From the NCBI RefSeq assembly GCF_021028975.2, contig NC_059428.1:123008001-123072000 (forward strand): a DNA stretch of 64,000 nucleotides, written 5' to 3'. The DNA is from Sphaerodactylus townsendi. Taxonomy: Eukaryota. The translations under genes were made by a program, and so were the position numbers. Shown piece by piece: positions 1 to 12,110 of this stretch. The notes beneath the pieces are model-generated. The model was not told the DNA's origin, ran no database searches, and was given only the letters and a program-made list of their open reading frames with translations. How positions within the stretch are numbered: the stretch's first letter is position 1; every line of letters starts with the position of its first letter.

Positions 1-760
1 GGCGTTCCCTTCCCTGGGGGAGCGCTGCCTGCCCTGCCCCGGGAGGGGAAGGAGCAGAGCCGGGGGCTGGGCTGGCTGCACAGACGCCTCCCTCTCCTCC
101 TCCTCCGGCTCGACTGTTGCAGGGATCACCCCCCTCCTTCTCCCCCGCAGGCGGTCCAGCCGGTCGACTCCGGCTCATCCATCCATCCCCAAAAGAAAGC
201 CGCTCATCGGGGGCTTCCTGGGCGATCTCCCCCCACCCTTCCCCGTTGCAGGCGGAGCAGGGAGAGAGGGGGGGCTTTTGTTTGGGTCCGTGGCGACTCC
301 GCCCCTCCCCACCCTGCCCCCTCCCTCCTCCTCCTCCTCCTCCGCCCACCGCACCTTGGGGGCAAGGCGAGAGGAGCCGCCTCTGCCGCAGCGCATCCCT
401 CCTCCCGCCCCCCCAGTCCCCTCCCTCCAGCCCACCCCAAGCGGGGCCCCCATGCAACCCGATGCGCCCCCGGTGAGGCTCCCCTGCGCGCTACATTGTG
501 TGCGCTCCGCCGGGGAGCGCCTCCACCCACCGGCCCACCCTGCATGGGGCGCGTCATGTGATCCGGGTAAGTCATTGGCAAGTACAACAGGGCTCTGTGC
601 GCCCCCCCTCCCTCCCCCCAATTCATTTCCTGAGAACTGCATGGAGCAGACTGGGAGTGAGTGGCGGGGCACTGTGTGTGTAGATCTAGACAACTGGGGG
701 TGTGTGTGGGGGGGTGCGCTCATGGGTGTGTGCGTGTGCGCAACAGAGAGGGGACAGCAG
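1..760 (+). promoter_or_regulatory. CpG-island-like promoter / first-exon region
   Basis: Very GC-rich with many retained CpGs, C-rich tracts and (CCT)n runs, in contrast to the CpG-depleted remainder of the window. Confidence 0.8.
75..472 (+). other. ZFHX3: Probable non-coding first exon (5' UTR) of a gene with a very long first intron; tentatively ZFHX3 exon 1
   Basis: Donor CCG|GTGAGG at 472/473 closes the CpG island, and no coding exon follows in 63 kb. The terminal AGCGGGGCCCCCATGCAAC...CCG resembles my recollection of the mammalian ZFHX3 exon-1 end. The gene name is from recall only and the start coordinate is approximate. Confidence 0.45.
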
Positions 761-2622
761 AAGGGGAAAGAGAAATTTCTTCTGCTGTTCAGCTCCGGCT
801 CAGGTCTGTGCCTCTCGTTTTAGTTTCTTGCCAGAATAAACAGGCGGCTGGGATGCCGAACCCCTTTGGCTGGCCCACCCACCCTGCCGATTTTTCCTTT
901 ATCTTTTTGCACAAAAAAAGTGTTTAGGATATATTGGGGAGGGGGAAATTTTAAAAACTGAGCAAAAAAGGGTTTTTTTCTTTCCCAAACCGAGGAGGGG
1001 AGATGACCAAGCTTTCAAACAAACAAAAATTACCTTCCCCCCCCCCCTAATAATAATGCATGCATATAGATGGTGTACTGAGCAAAATGATCAGATCCAA
1101 AAATGGGGGGGGCGGCAAAAGGGGGGAGGGAACAAAACCAGGCGGGTGAATTGAGAGTTGTGCGGCAGGACTTTGTCATCTCGCCCCCACCCCCCAGGTT
1201 TTTTTGTGCGTATGTATTTGGGGAGAGGCGGCAACGAGAGGGTTAAGGCTGTGGTGCCCCTTCTTGTGTTCCTCCAGCTAAGGTCCTTATTGTTCTGGTC
1301 CAGATGATCTGGAACTGTCACTTGCCACAGGGCAGAGTTCATGTGGCCAGCCTATTTTCTTGCATTTATTTCTTGCTTGCTCCCCCCTTCCGTCAAGGTG
1401 GATCTGCCGGCAGAAGTTTGCATGGAGACCCAGTCGTGATGAATATTTGAGACCCAGTCTGGAAGCGGTGGCTTGTCTCTGTGTAGGGTAACCTGAGAAT
1501 AGCGATTTGTGCTCCGGGGAGCTGATGTTACGGCAGGAACTTTAGATGCAGCCGAGCCTGTTTGCTTATTTGTTGTCGGAACTTTCGACAAACTTTGTTT
1601 TGTTTGTTTTGAAGCGGAGGGAAGGGAGCCGGATGCTTAATAATAGTATTCCTTTTGAAGCAGAGGGCTTGATTTATGCAGCGTTCCCTGCCCCTCCGCA
1701 TTCCTGTCTCGCGCAAACCGAACTCGCCTTTTGCTGTGTGCTTTAATAATAATTACAGCAATTCAGCCAGTGTTGAAAAGCTGGCTGCCTTGGTCTCCAA
1801 ATGTATAAGTACAGTGGAATGCATAATCTGGATAAACACACTGTAGCTGCTATTGTTGGGTTTCCCAGTGGGGTCTGCTCAGGGCTGTTTTCGGAGGGAT
1901 TGCGCTGCATGCTTTCCTTGCATGTTGTTTCTTCCCTTTTTCTGCCCCTCCTCCTAAAAACTGCATAAGCATTACTTGAAGTCTTCTGGGGGTGGGGGTG
2001 GAGGGGGAGGGAGCATTTGTATTTACATCAAAAGCATGTGCATAAGCCCTTACTCCAGACACATGCCAATCAAGGCAACGTCACACTTTAAAACCACCTT
2101 TAAAACCTCCATTCCCTTCCCTTACTGGAGGACAGAGTTGGTTAGCTAAGTAAATGGGCTGATATGAAAATGGGTGTCTCGGGGCTGGGTTGGGGGGAGG
2201 GGAGGGGGCCGGCCTCCATGAATATGAGCGGTCAGTTTTTAAATGTAGGGTGGGCCCTTTCCTGCCAGATCTGGTATTATTTCCAAGAACATTGGGGGTG
2301 GAAGGAAGCTATGCAACCACTCCGTTTCACTCCATTCCGGCCTTCCTTTGTGGGATTTTACTTCTGTAAAGTGCTGGAGGACAAAGATGTAGGAGCCCAG
2401 AGCCCTGAAGGCTCCCACCCAGTCCTTTGCCACCAGTTTGGTCGTCTGGCTCACAAAATCCTGTTTTGATTGGCCGCCTGCCCTCCTCTCTTCTCCCTTC
2501 AGTGTCTTGGCAGGTAGGTATTCGTGGCAGTCTTGTGAGGTTTCTTTATATGGCCCTGGTATGCGCGTTCCATTTTTCCGGCTAGTCTCCAGCCTTGAAA
2601 TGAAACAGGAGCTAGAGCCTAT

Positions 2623-2644
2623 ACACACACACACACACACACAT
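2623..2644. repeat. (CA)n microsatellite
   Basis: acacacacacacacacacacac. Confidence 0.9.
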
Positions 2645-3460
2645 TCTCCATCTGTGTCTCTTGCATCCTACAGCTAAGTGCACTGGGTAAGGTTGGCATC
2701 GTAACCGAAGCGTCTTGGTTGTGCAGTGAAAGTCAACAGAGGAAGAATTCTTCCTTTATGACACAGCATGCCAAAGTCAGTCGAAGCGCGTCTCTGGTTG
2801 AAAAGCCTTGTGCCGAGCATCTTGTTTGGAGCATTGAATAGCATGGGTGTTTGTGTGTGTGTCCCCACCCCCGTACCTGGCCGGAAAAGCCAAATGTTTT
2901 TGCTTTCTCTGTTCTTTGCCTCTGGCTCTCAGAGGACAGGGAGCGAGCGGACTGAGCAGCAGTATTTTCCCTCTGCCTCCTTTGCAGGCACAATGATGTC
3001 ACTTTCCTTTTCTGCTCTTGGGAGGGGGGGCGTGGGAGGGAGAAGGTTGAGCCATTTCTGTTTTGCTCTCAGGTCACGCACGGTGTTTCCTCATGGCACT
3101 AGGACTGCCGCAGATGCCAGTGTTGGTGGGGGCACGGCAGGAGTCCCTCGACTTAGGGAACCGGAGGTGAAGCGGGTAAACGCAGTGCTTCCTTCATAAC
3201 CTGCATAACTTGGACGCAGCGTGGCAGCCACAGGACTGTTGGCAGATGTGCTCTTTCAGTTTCTAAGCTGGGGTTCAGCGGGATTCTGATTCAGGCAGTG
3301 GTGAAGTGAGGGGTCAGAGAAACTGAAAAACAAATTTCTCACTGTGTTTGTTTCTTCATAAGACTGATAAGAAAACTGACGTGAATTGTGTTTGGCATAG
3401 AGGTCACATAACACGGCCCTTTGGTTTTACTGTTTTCTGTCCCAGAGAAAAATCTTCATT

Positions 3461-3756
3461 GGGTATAGTGTGGTGCAGTGGTTAGAAGCAGGGGAATGCA
3501 ATTTGGAGGACCGGGTTTGATTCCCCACTCCTTTACGTGAGCTGTAGGCTCCTATCTAGTGAACTGGATTTGTTTCCCGGCTTGTACACTTGAAACCTGC
3601 TGGGTGACCTTGGGCCACTCACAGTTCTCTTAGAACTCTCCCAGCCCCACCTGCTTCACAAAGGGTCTGTTGTGGGGAGGGGAAGGAGTTTGCAAGCTGC
3701 TTTGAGACTTTTCAATTGAGAAAAATAGACTGTAAATCCAAACTCTTGTTCTTCTC
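3461..3756 (+). mobile_element. Squam3-like tRNA-derived SINE
   Basis: A-box tggtgcagtgg, B-box-like ggtttgattccc, body gggtgaccttgggc...cagccccacc, end taaatccaaactc(ttc)n. Confidence 0.8.
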
Positions 3757-4063
3757 CATTTGTACGTAATTCCACTGGATGGATTTTTGCTTCAGAACGC
3801 ATGGCTTTGGTAGATCTCTCGACAGGACCTTACAGTTGACCTGTCCTGGCAGGCAATGCCACCTGCTTGCTCAGGTGAGCCTACCCTCTTGCCCAAGGAG
3901 CCGGAAAGTAATGAGGTTTTGTAATCTTTCTAGGGCGAGCTCTTAACATGGATCCTTCAGTCACTTGGAGGGACACGTCTCAGTGGCTCATGGACCATGT
4001 GGAGCCCTTGGGATTTTCCTTTGAGGTTGGGATTCTGCTGGAAACTTTGGTGTAGTGCTAGGC

Positions 4064-4181
4064 CCGTGGTGGCAAACCTATGGCACTCCAGATGTTCATG
4101 GACTACAATTCCCATCAGCCCCTGCCAGCATGGGTATTGTAGTTCATGAACATCTGGAGTGTCATAGGTTCGCCACCACTG
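4064..4181. mobile_element. Short palindromic hAT-type MITE
   Basis: Self-complementary ccagatgttcatg...catgaacatctgg; 8-bp TSD tgctaggc/tgctaggt. Confidence 0.75.
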
Positions 4182-4780
4182 TGCTAGGTGCTCGTGAGAA
4201 AGGTGACTTCATACGTGCAGAGGGGAGGCGCTGTGGCTAAGTAGAAGAGCTTGTGCGTGGTATACAGGAGGTCCCAGGTTTAATCCCTGGTATCCAAAGT
4301 TAAAGATGTGAAAGACTCTTAAGAACATAAGATCCCTACTGGATCAAACACTAGTCCAGCTTCCGTCTCACACAGTGGCCCACCAGTTCCAGATGGGCTA
4401 GTGGTCTGGTTCAGTTACGGCAGACACCCTTCTTGACGTTCCCAGGTGGTGGCGCTAGCTCAAGTGGGCCGTTGCGGTTCCGATCCACAAACCCCAGCTC
4501 ATTTGTGGACATTTGATATTGTATCCTTGTATGGCCTCCTTGCAGCTTTCACCCAGTTTGTTACAGATATTGTAATTGTTTGTAAGCAGTCATGAATTTT
4601 GGGCTAGGACGTATGTTTATAAATAATTCTTAAAAAGGTAATTGGCGAGGCAGGACTGTGAATAGCTGACCTCAGTGAGCATCAGGTAGGCATGCTGAGG
4701 GTCTTCAATTGCCAAACAACATTAATAATGCAAGATAACAAAGGGTAAACATTTGAGTTGGATACAAGTAGCTTTGGAAA

Positions 4781-4975
4781 GAGGGGCCGTGGCTCAGAGG
4801 TAGAATGCCTGCTTTGCATGCAGAAGGTTGCAGGTTCAATCCCTGGCATCTCCAGTTAAGCTTGCATGTAATGTGAAGGACCTTTTCCTGAGACCTTGGT
4901 GAGCAGCTGCCAGTCAGAGAGGACAGTACTGATCTAGGTAGACCAGTGTCAGCATAAGGTAGCATCATGTCTATA
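4781..4975 (+). mobile_element. tRNA(Ala)-like-headed SINE with CR1/LF-SINE-like tail
   Basis: gtggctcagaggtagaatgcctgctttgcatgcagaagg...ggttcaatccctggcatctcca. Related copies at ~4223-4320, 36590-36810 (-) and 59027-59225. Confidence 0.7.
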
Positions 4976-5650
4976 TGCAGACACTTCTGCTGGTTGCAAA
5001 GGAAGCCAGCTTCCCCTTGGGCCATCCAATAAGGCTCTGCTGGGGATGTGGAACTTGCATGTACAGAAGTTATGTGGTTGACGGCTATATACTAAGGAGG
5101 AAAACTGCTGAGGTTTAGTGAAAATGTTGGCTGGATACGGTAGGCTCCAGTAGTGAAGGGAAAAGAAGTAAAATTCAAACAATGACCTCACTGAATGTGA
5201 TATGGACGATTCCAGCTTTCTTACGCATTACATGGTTTTGATTTGGAGGCACTTTCCAAAGTGGGAGACAGGAAGTGACCTTCTAACTTCTGCTTAGAAC
5301 CGTGATGCAGAAAATTAGCTGCAGGAAGGAGGAATTCTGTTATTACGTGAGGCTGCAGTGTTGGCTTGGGAAAGGAGCCAAGGAACTGGCAAGGGGATGG
5401 TATTGCTGTTATTTATTGACTAGGGTAGATACAAAATGAGTGATGGCCAGACCTTTCCTTTCTGACTTTTGAGAAATGAGACCTACATTCCCCACAGGGC
5501 TCAGCTTTACATCCTTTCTCCAGCTGAAGGAAACTTACCTTCAGTAGATCTACTGTTATCAGAAAAGCCCCTTAAGTTAGAGGAAGTCTCCTTAGACTGG
5601 AAGTAAAGTTCAAATTAAGTGGGATGATAGGATAAAAGCCCCCAGAACTG

Positions 5651-5772
5651 AGGGGTCTGCAACCTGCGGCTCTTCAGATGTTCATGAACTACAATTCCCA
5701 TCAGCCCCTGCCAGGGGCTGATGGGAATTGTAGTTCATGAACATCTGGAGAGCCGCAGGTTGCAGACCCCTG
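5651..5772. mobile_element. Palindromic hAT-type MITE (same family as 4064)
   Basis: Near-perfect inverted repeat centred on cagcccctgccaggggctg. Confidence 0.75.
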
Positions 5773-6617
5773 AAGGAGGTAGCAGTGTGTATTTACTGGT
5801 TGTACTACCCTGCACTGAATCTGTGGTATACCAGCTGTGCTGCCTCCGCTTCCATTAATGCTTTCTCATTGATATGGGCGTGCATTATTTCTCTCAAGCC
5901 CACTGTGGTGTTCCTTGCAGGAAGGGCTGCGTTTTGTTCAAGAGTATGTTGCTTTTCACCCTTGAACCTACATGAAGTGGTGTTACAAACAGGGTTTGAA
6001 AAGGTTCTGCTAGCTCTACTGTCCCCACGTATCATAGCTGGCTGTTGAGCTCCCTCCCTGGCTCCTATTTCCGTCAGGGGATAATGCAGTCTTTAAAAAA
6101 TCACCACCATGCAGCAGTGGAAACCTGGAAGTGACATCAGTCCTCTCTAGGAATTGCCAAGCACCATAGAGTCTTAACCATAGAATTCCCAACTATTTGT
6201 AGAGATATTATATTAGATGTATTAGATTTGATACCCCACTGTCCCCCACCAAAGTGGGCTCAGAGTGTCTCACAATACATGCGAATACAAAAATTCATAT
6301 AAATGCCTCATCTAAAAATAATAAAATCAATAAGCTATGGAAAACTATTAACCTATGGTATTAAAGATACCCAAGGGTGGAATGATACACCACTCCCCTA
6401 ATTTTTTAAAAAAGAAAAGGGGAGGGAAGAGGTGTGATGTCTTGGAAGTGATATTTCCCCTACCTCAATATCTCCCCTGGTTGCCAAGTAGTCTGGCCAC
6501 CCTACCTGGACAAAAGACGAAATAGAATACGTTCCCTTCCCGTTCACAAAATAGTACCTGAAACAAATCTTGCTTGTCCCAGGAGATGAGGGAAGCTGAT
6601 GTCTGAAATATTTTGTT

Positions 6618-6657
6618 CCAAATCCAAAACCTTTATTAGGCATAAAACCGGTGCCAA
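6618..6657 (-). mobile_element. 40-bp extreme 3' fragment of an RTE-X-like LINE
   Basis: 13-bp TSD gaaatattttgtt (6605-6617, 6658-6670). The minus strand reads atgcctaataaaggtt(ttgga)n, like the gccaataaaggctt ends at ~34520 and ~55220. Confidence 0.7.
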
Positions 6658-8139
6658 GAAATATTTTGTTAAGAAACCAGGTTGAGAATGTCAAAGTAGA
6701 AAACTTTGTGCAAGTTTTGTCTGAGTCATATCAAAATGGGGTCTCCCTAAAGCAGCTGCCGGATGCAGTTCCCTGTCGTACTGTGCAAAAGGATTTTTCT
6801 CCACTTCTGCATTTTCCAGAAAGTGTTACTGGGGGAAGAAGTGACTGACCAGAGTGGGGAGTCAGATGTTTAATCTTCCTCCCTTCCAAGGTTTTTCTTC
6901 TTTCCTGCAAGAAAATTTCACTCGGAGGTTTGGCAACTTTCAATGTTCTCAATTTCCATGTAAAAGGGTGTTTTTGTCACAAGGAACCCAGCCAGGACAG
7001 TGTACCGCAAAGAGAGTGTCGGAATCGTAGGATGACTATATTCAAATGTACCAGGGTTCTCAGAATTATATCTTTGGCATGATGTTCTTTCCCCCTACTT
7101 TGCATAAGGGTCGCCATTCTGTCTTGGGGGTGGGGTGGGGTCAGTGCATTTTCCAAGAGGAAATGCCTTTTCCAAGAGTTTTTGTTTTTTCGAAAAGCCA
7201 GCATGTGGCCATTGCAGTGACATCTTGACCTTCTCAACCTCTGGCTGGTGGTTGTTTGCTACAGCTGCAGTCTCCCTGAGCCTTTGGAGAGGGGAGTTGC
7301 AAACATTTATCCAAAATAACCAAAAACCAGGCCAGGCTGCTGTATAAAAGACACAAATTAATAGCAGTTAGTGGGGTACTTATGGGGGAGGGGAATTCTC
7401 CCCCTCAAGAAATTAACTGTTTCTTTAGATATAGTAGCCATTGACAATTCTTCCCTTTTTCGCTTTTAACAAGAGGAATTTCTCTTTCGTTCCTCTTTCA
7501 AAGAGAAGTCAGTGCACGCTTTCGTAATGCAAGCACTGGCTCTTGTTTTATGTTATACGCTGTATAACATAGGGTAGGAACATAACATACGCTAGGGTAG
7601 GAAGGTTGGGGAAAAACATTGCCTGCCTCTGAGCATGTACAGGGTGAAATTCTGAAATTTTTTGGACATTTCTCTCTTCGAATTTCTTGTTGATCAAAAC
7701 CAATTTGATTAGAAACCCAAATTTCCTAAAAAGAGGAGAAGGAAAGATGGTTGGGAGTAAAGAGGAATTAAGATAATTTTTATTAGTGGTCCAAGCTGTA
7801 TGGTATTATATTGGATTCTGTTGTATCCAGGTGAAGACTTGAGTTAAAGACTGGTGTTCCATGTGGGTGAAAGGCCTTGTTTTTTTGTAATACAATGAAT
7901 GATAGGTTATGTCTTAATAAGTGCAGGTCTCTCTTTAACACTGAAATAAATTTTAAAATAGGCCAGCTTTTGAAAGTCTTGGTGACAGTGCAGGTTTCTG
8001 GGCCCCGGTGCCATATTTATAACTCTCCTTACTTTATTATACCCTTATTCCCCTTTTATAATTCTTTTATAGTTATTAAGCTTTTATTCCCTTTTAGTCT
8101 TTATATATTTATACTTTTTCCTATTTCCTTGATGTTCCC

Positions 8140-8317
8140 ATGCATCTGTCAGGGCTGTTCGACTGCCTTGGAGAGTAGTGGAGTCTCCTTCTTGGGAGGT
8201 TTTATAAACAGAGGCTGGATGAACATATGTTGGAAGTTCTTTGATTGTGTGTTCCTGCATTGCAGGGGGTTGGACTTGATGGCCCTTGGGGTCTCTTCCA
8301 ACTCTATGATTTCTATG
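8140..8317 (+). mobile_element. CR1 LINE 3' end
   Basis: ggggttggacttgatggcccttggggtctcttccaactctatgattctatg-type terminus with an (ATTCTATG)-like tail. Confidence 0.75.
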
Positions 8318-9035
8318 TTCACAATTTCCTTTTACCAGTAGGTTTTGTTTCTTCTTTTTAGATATATACATATTTACTGTTCTACTACATGTTATCCTTT
8401 TAGTTTTATTTTATTTACCTTATGCTGGTCTATGACCATGACAGTGATTGATTAATAACTCCCCTTCCCCTTATTTTAACAACCACAGAATGGTTTCTTA
8501 TTACTTTAAAGGGGAAGAGCAAACCGTGGCAGTGTTGGATTGGAGGAGTCAACATGATTGCTTTCATTAATAGCTCTAACACAGCTCTGCTGTAAATCTT
8601 GGCTGAAGATGATGCTTCAATTAATAGCTTGTGTTTTCTCAAAATAGCATAATAAGGTAGTTATGGGAGAAGTGAAGGAAGCCAGAGATGGTGGACCTCT
8701 TTGTGTTAAGCCTCTGCCCATTTTGGGTTGGAGAACAGTGGTAGGGAAGAAGACATTGCAAGATGGGATTTGGAAGCCAGGACAGAATACTTGCTCTCAT
8801 TTTAATACCATGAAACCTGCCATCTTTCCTGTAGTCTGAATGGGCAGCACATAGTCTCTTTCCCCTTCCATCTCCTCCTACTATGCATTTATATCCCCAA
8901 GTTTCCTCGTCTTCAGTTGGGCAAGGTATGTCTAACATTGTCTTCCACCCCAAACCTCAACCCAGCAAATCGGTTCTGAGATCAAAATAAATTATGCTAA
9001 TCATTCATTTAGTTTTATGTTTAACTGTTTTACAT

Positions 9036-9800
9036 GGGAAGCCAGTGTGGTGTAGTAGTTAAGAGTGGCCTACTTTAATCTGGAGAACTGGGTTCAATTC
9101 CCCACGCCTCGGCATGAAGCCTGCTGGGTAATCTTGGGCCAGTCACAGTTCTCCTGCAAATCACTCAGCCCATGTGGAGGCAGGCAGTGTCATAGTACCA
9201 AGGGGGTGCGGGGTGCGATGCACTGGTTGTGTGCTCCTGCAGCAGTGGCGAAGCCACCAGGGGAAGGGGGGTGCGCAACGCACCGGGCGCACCAATTCTG
9301 GTCACGGGGCGGAAAAATCTCCTGCCTCTTCCGCTGCTTGACCCCACGGGCCCAATTTCACCCCCCCCCCCCCCCGAGCATTCCCCACTTGCTTTAGGAA
9401 TGGAATATCCAGAAGCCTGCTTCCCAGGGGCTCCTGGGAAATGTAGTTCCCACCAGGCCCAGGCAACGTAGGCAGGCTTCTTCGGCCTGCTCCGTTCCTA
9501 AAAGTAAGTGGAATGAAGTGCCGTGGGGAGGCTGCCGCGGGGAGCACCATGGGGGCACCATGGGGGGTGTGTGCCGTGGGGAGTGGCGAAAAAGCCAGAG
9601 TGTGCACCGGGTGCACTCTGGCCTAGCTTCGCCTCTGCCCTGCAGGGGCATGGTGGGGGCATGGCAGGGGCTTAGGGCGCACATGGGCCCCCGGCACAGT
9701 TCCCCCTTGCTCCACCCCTGGAGGCAGGCAATGCAAACCACTTCTGAACATCTCTTGCATATGGGGTTGCCATAAGTCAGCTGTGATTTGACCACCACCA
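9036..9800 (+). mobile_element. Chimeric SINE (Squam3-like head + Sauria/Bov-B-like tail) interrupted by a hAT MITE
   Basis: Head 9036-9175; the tail ggcaatgcaaaccacttctgaacatctcttgc...gccataagtcagctgtga resumes after 9720. Confidence 0.65.
9185..9720. mobile_element. GC-rich non-autonomous hAT element
   Basis: Exact 8-bp TSD gaggcagg (9177-9184, 9721-9728); termini CAGTG...CCCTG. Confidence 0.8.
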
Positions 9801-11600
9801 CCATTTTACATTACATTGAACTTCCGGAATTTGGGGGCTTAATTTGGGGATGACCCTCAGAAGAGGATGCATTGCAGTAGTCCACCCACAGGATGGTCAT
9901 AACATGGACCAACATGGCTTGGTCAGCTCTCTCCAAGAGAGCTTGTTTTCCAGCAAGATGAAGCTGAAAAATTGTACTCTACCTATTAAAAACTCTTTCC
10001 TGCTCTCTGTTGGTTTCTGAGCAACCCCAAATTACTGCCCATGTATTTATGAGCTTTTTATTCTGATAACTATGAGTTCTAGAAATTTGCAGAATAAAAG
10101 TTGGGTTTATCAAGTTGGCAGATTCCATGCTGATACTTACTTTGTGCTTCTGGAATGAACTTGAGGGCACCGCAGAATTCATGCAGCATTTTACTGTTGC
10201 AAACAGGTTGGTAGCATAAGCTTACTGGTCACATCATAATAAGCCCAGAAATAGGAACTGTTTTTTTGTTGGCATTCATGTAGTGAGGTTCTCTTTACCT
10301 TATGTGAACAAAAGTCTGTATAGTCACAAAAATAGTCCCCGCATGGAGGCAACTTGTTCGCTTAACCAGGCAAAAATAGCAGCCTTCAAATATTATTACA
10401 TAAATAGACATATCACTATAGCATATACCTTTAATTGTGCTGAGCTTAATTATTCAATGTTTACATCTGTCTCATCTGACTTTTGGTGGTCCCTCAGGGT
10501 TATCAAGGGAAGAGATGTTCAGAGGGGTTTTGCGATTGCCTGCCTCTGGGTCACACCACTGGTATTTCTTGGAGGTTTTCATACAAATACTAGGGTCCGA
10601 GTTGAAATACTTACTGGGCTCCCCTCCCTTGCATGCCACCCCTCCCTCACTCCTCTTCCCTTGCATGCCACCCTTCCCCCCTCCCTCCCTTTCCTCTCCT
10701 TCTGCTAGGGTGGGTGTGCCATGTCCAGACTCAGCGACTAGCCCAAGGTCACTCAGCAAGCTTCCGTGACGCCAGTCGAACCCTAGTTGCCTCTGCTGTG
10801 TGGAGGGGCCCATGGTGATCCCCCATGGGGTTTTCAAGGCAAGAGAAGAGCAGAGATGGTTTGCAGTTGCCTTCTTCTGAACAGTAACCCTGGACTTTCT
10901 TGGCCTCCCATCTCAATACCGGCCATGGCTGACTGCTTAGCTTAGTGACAGCTCTTCAGACTGCCTTCTTTTCTTAATGCATGTTTTATCATTACTTGCA
11001 CATTCCATCTCTAAGAATATATGATAAATTCTTAAGTGGAATTTTTTCCCCCTCCGAGTGTATTATAATAATCTCAACAATTGTTGGTTCATAAAAGATA
11101 TTATGCTGTCTTTTCTATGTCATTAAAAACAACTTAACTGTAGCAATTGAAAGAGGGGGATAAACTCTTCACTAATTTTGCTATTATCTCAGCATAAGAG
11201 ATTACATGGTTGTTGGTGACCAAATGTTCATAACAGGATAAATTATATTTTTTTTCCCATGGATCAAAATGAGTGATGAGTAATGCCCAAATCTCACAGG
11301 ACAGAAACTAGTGGAGAGATGGATGGCGATAATTCTGTCCAGAGCTTAGCCTGTGAAGCTTTTTTAAAAAAGATCTTTATAGTTGTTCTTTCAACTGCTT
11401 TGGTGGCCAGTGCTTTATCTTATTCATTATTTTGAGTGTCTTTCCTCCCCTCAGTTGTGGTACCTCCTCTGTCTTCCTAAAGTTGGAAATCTGCAAATTC
11501 AAGCAATGGCTTGTGTTTTAGGCAGCCTACGCTACACACCAGTGGTATTCTGTGTAGATTAAGCCCTTTATTGTCAGATTAAGACACCAGTCAACTGTGA

Positions 11601-12110
11601 GGATGTGAGGACGATTTGACAGTGAAGTCTGTCACCCCATTGATCACCAGAGTTGATTTGACTGATCTGGCTAGTTAGGCAGGTGTCCCCCTATTTCCCT
11701 CATTGCTCCATGTCCTTCCCTCCTGAACCTGTGTGCTTGGTGGAAGAGGATGACCATCCCAGATAATAGTGTACTGTTCTTCTGTCAAGGGCAGTGGCAT
11801 AGGGGGGCAAAATGGTGCCTGGGGCAAAATGGCGCCCCTGCTCGTTGCACCCTGCCCACCTGCACCTCCTATTTACCTTAGTTCCTCTCTCTTGCAGCCT
11901 AGTGGGAACTACACTACCCAGGAGCAAGGTCTCCTGGGAAGCGTAGTTCCCACCAGGTACAGGAGAGAGGAATTTCCTGGTGGGAAGAGAGAGAAACTAA
12001 GGTAAGGGAGGTGATTTTCTGCCCCCACCGGCGTCCGCCCGGTGCATGGTGGACCCCCGCCCCCTTATAGCTCTGCCACTGGTCAAGAGTATATGATTAT
12101 CTGTCTCCTC
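11601..12110 (+). pseudogene. RN7SK: 7SK snRNA retropseudogene (3'-truncated, roughly the first 200 nt), split by a hAT MITE
   Basis: Begins GGATGTGAGG and follows 7SK closely: tctgtcaccccattgatc, gttgatt..ctgatctggct, gaagaggatgaccatccc, tcttctgtcaaggg. It resumes after the insert with tatatgattatctg (7SK TATACGAGTAGCTG). Many substitutions, no upstream TATA, no 3' end. Confidence 0.9.
11792..12081. mobile_element. hAT MITE inserted in the 7SK pseudogene
   Basis: TIRs cagtggcatag / ctctgccactg; 8-bp TSD gtcaaggg (11784-11791) / gtcaagag (12082-12089). Confidence 0.85.

Noticed and set aside
117-927. Overlapping Pro/Gly-rich ORFs of up to 182 aa on both strands
   Set aside because: Stop-poor GC-rich sequence; they run through the splice donor and show no recognisable domain.
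4781-4855. tRNA-Ala-like sequence as a tRNA gene
   Set aside because: Stems are broken and it continues into a SINE body found elsewhere in the window.
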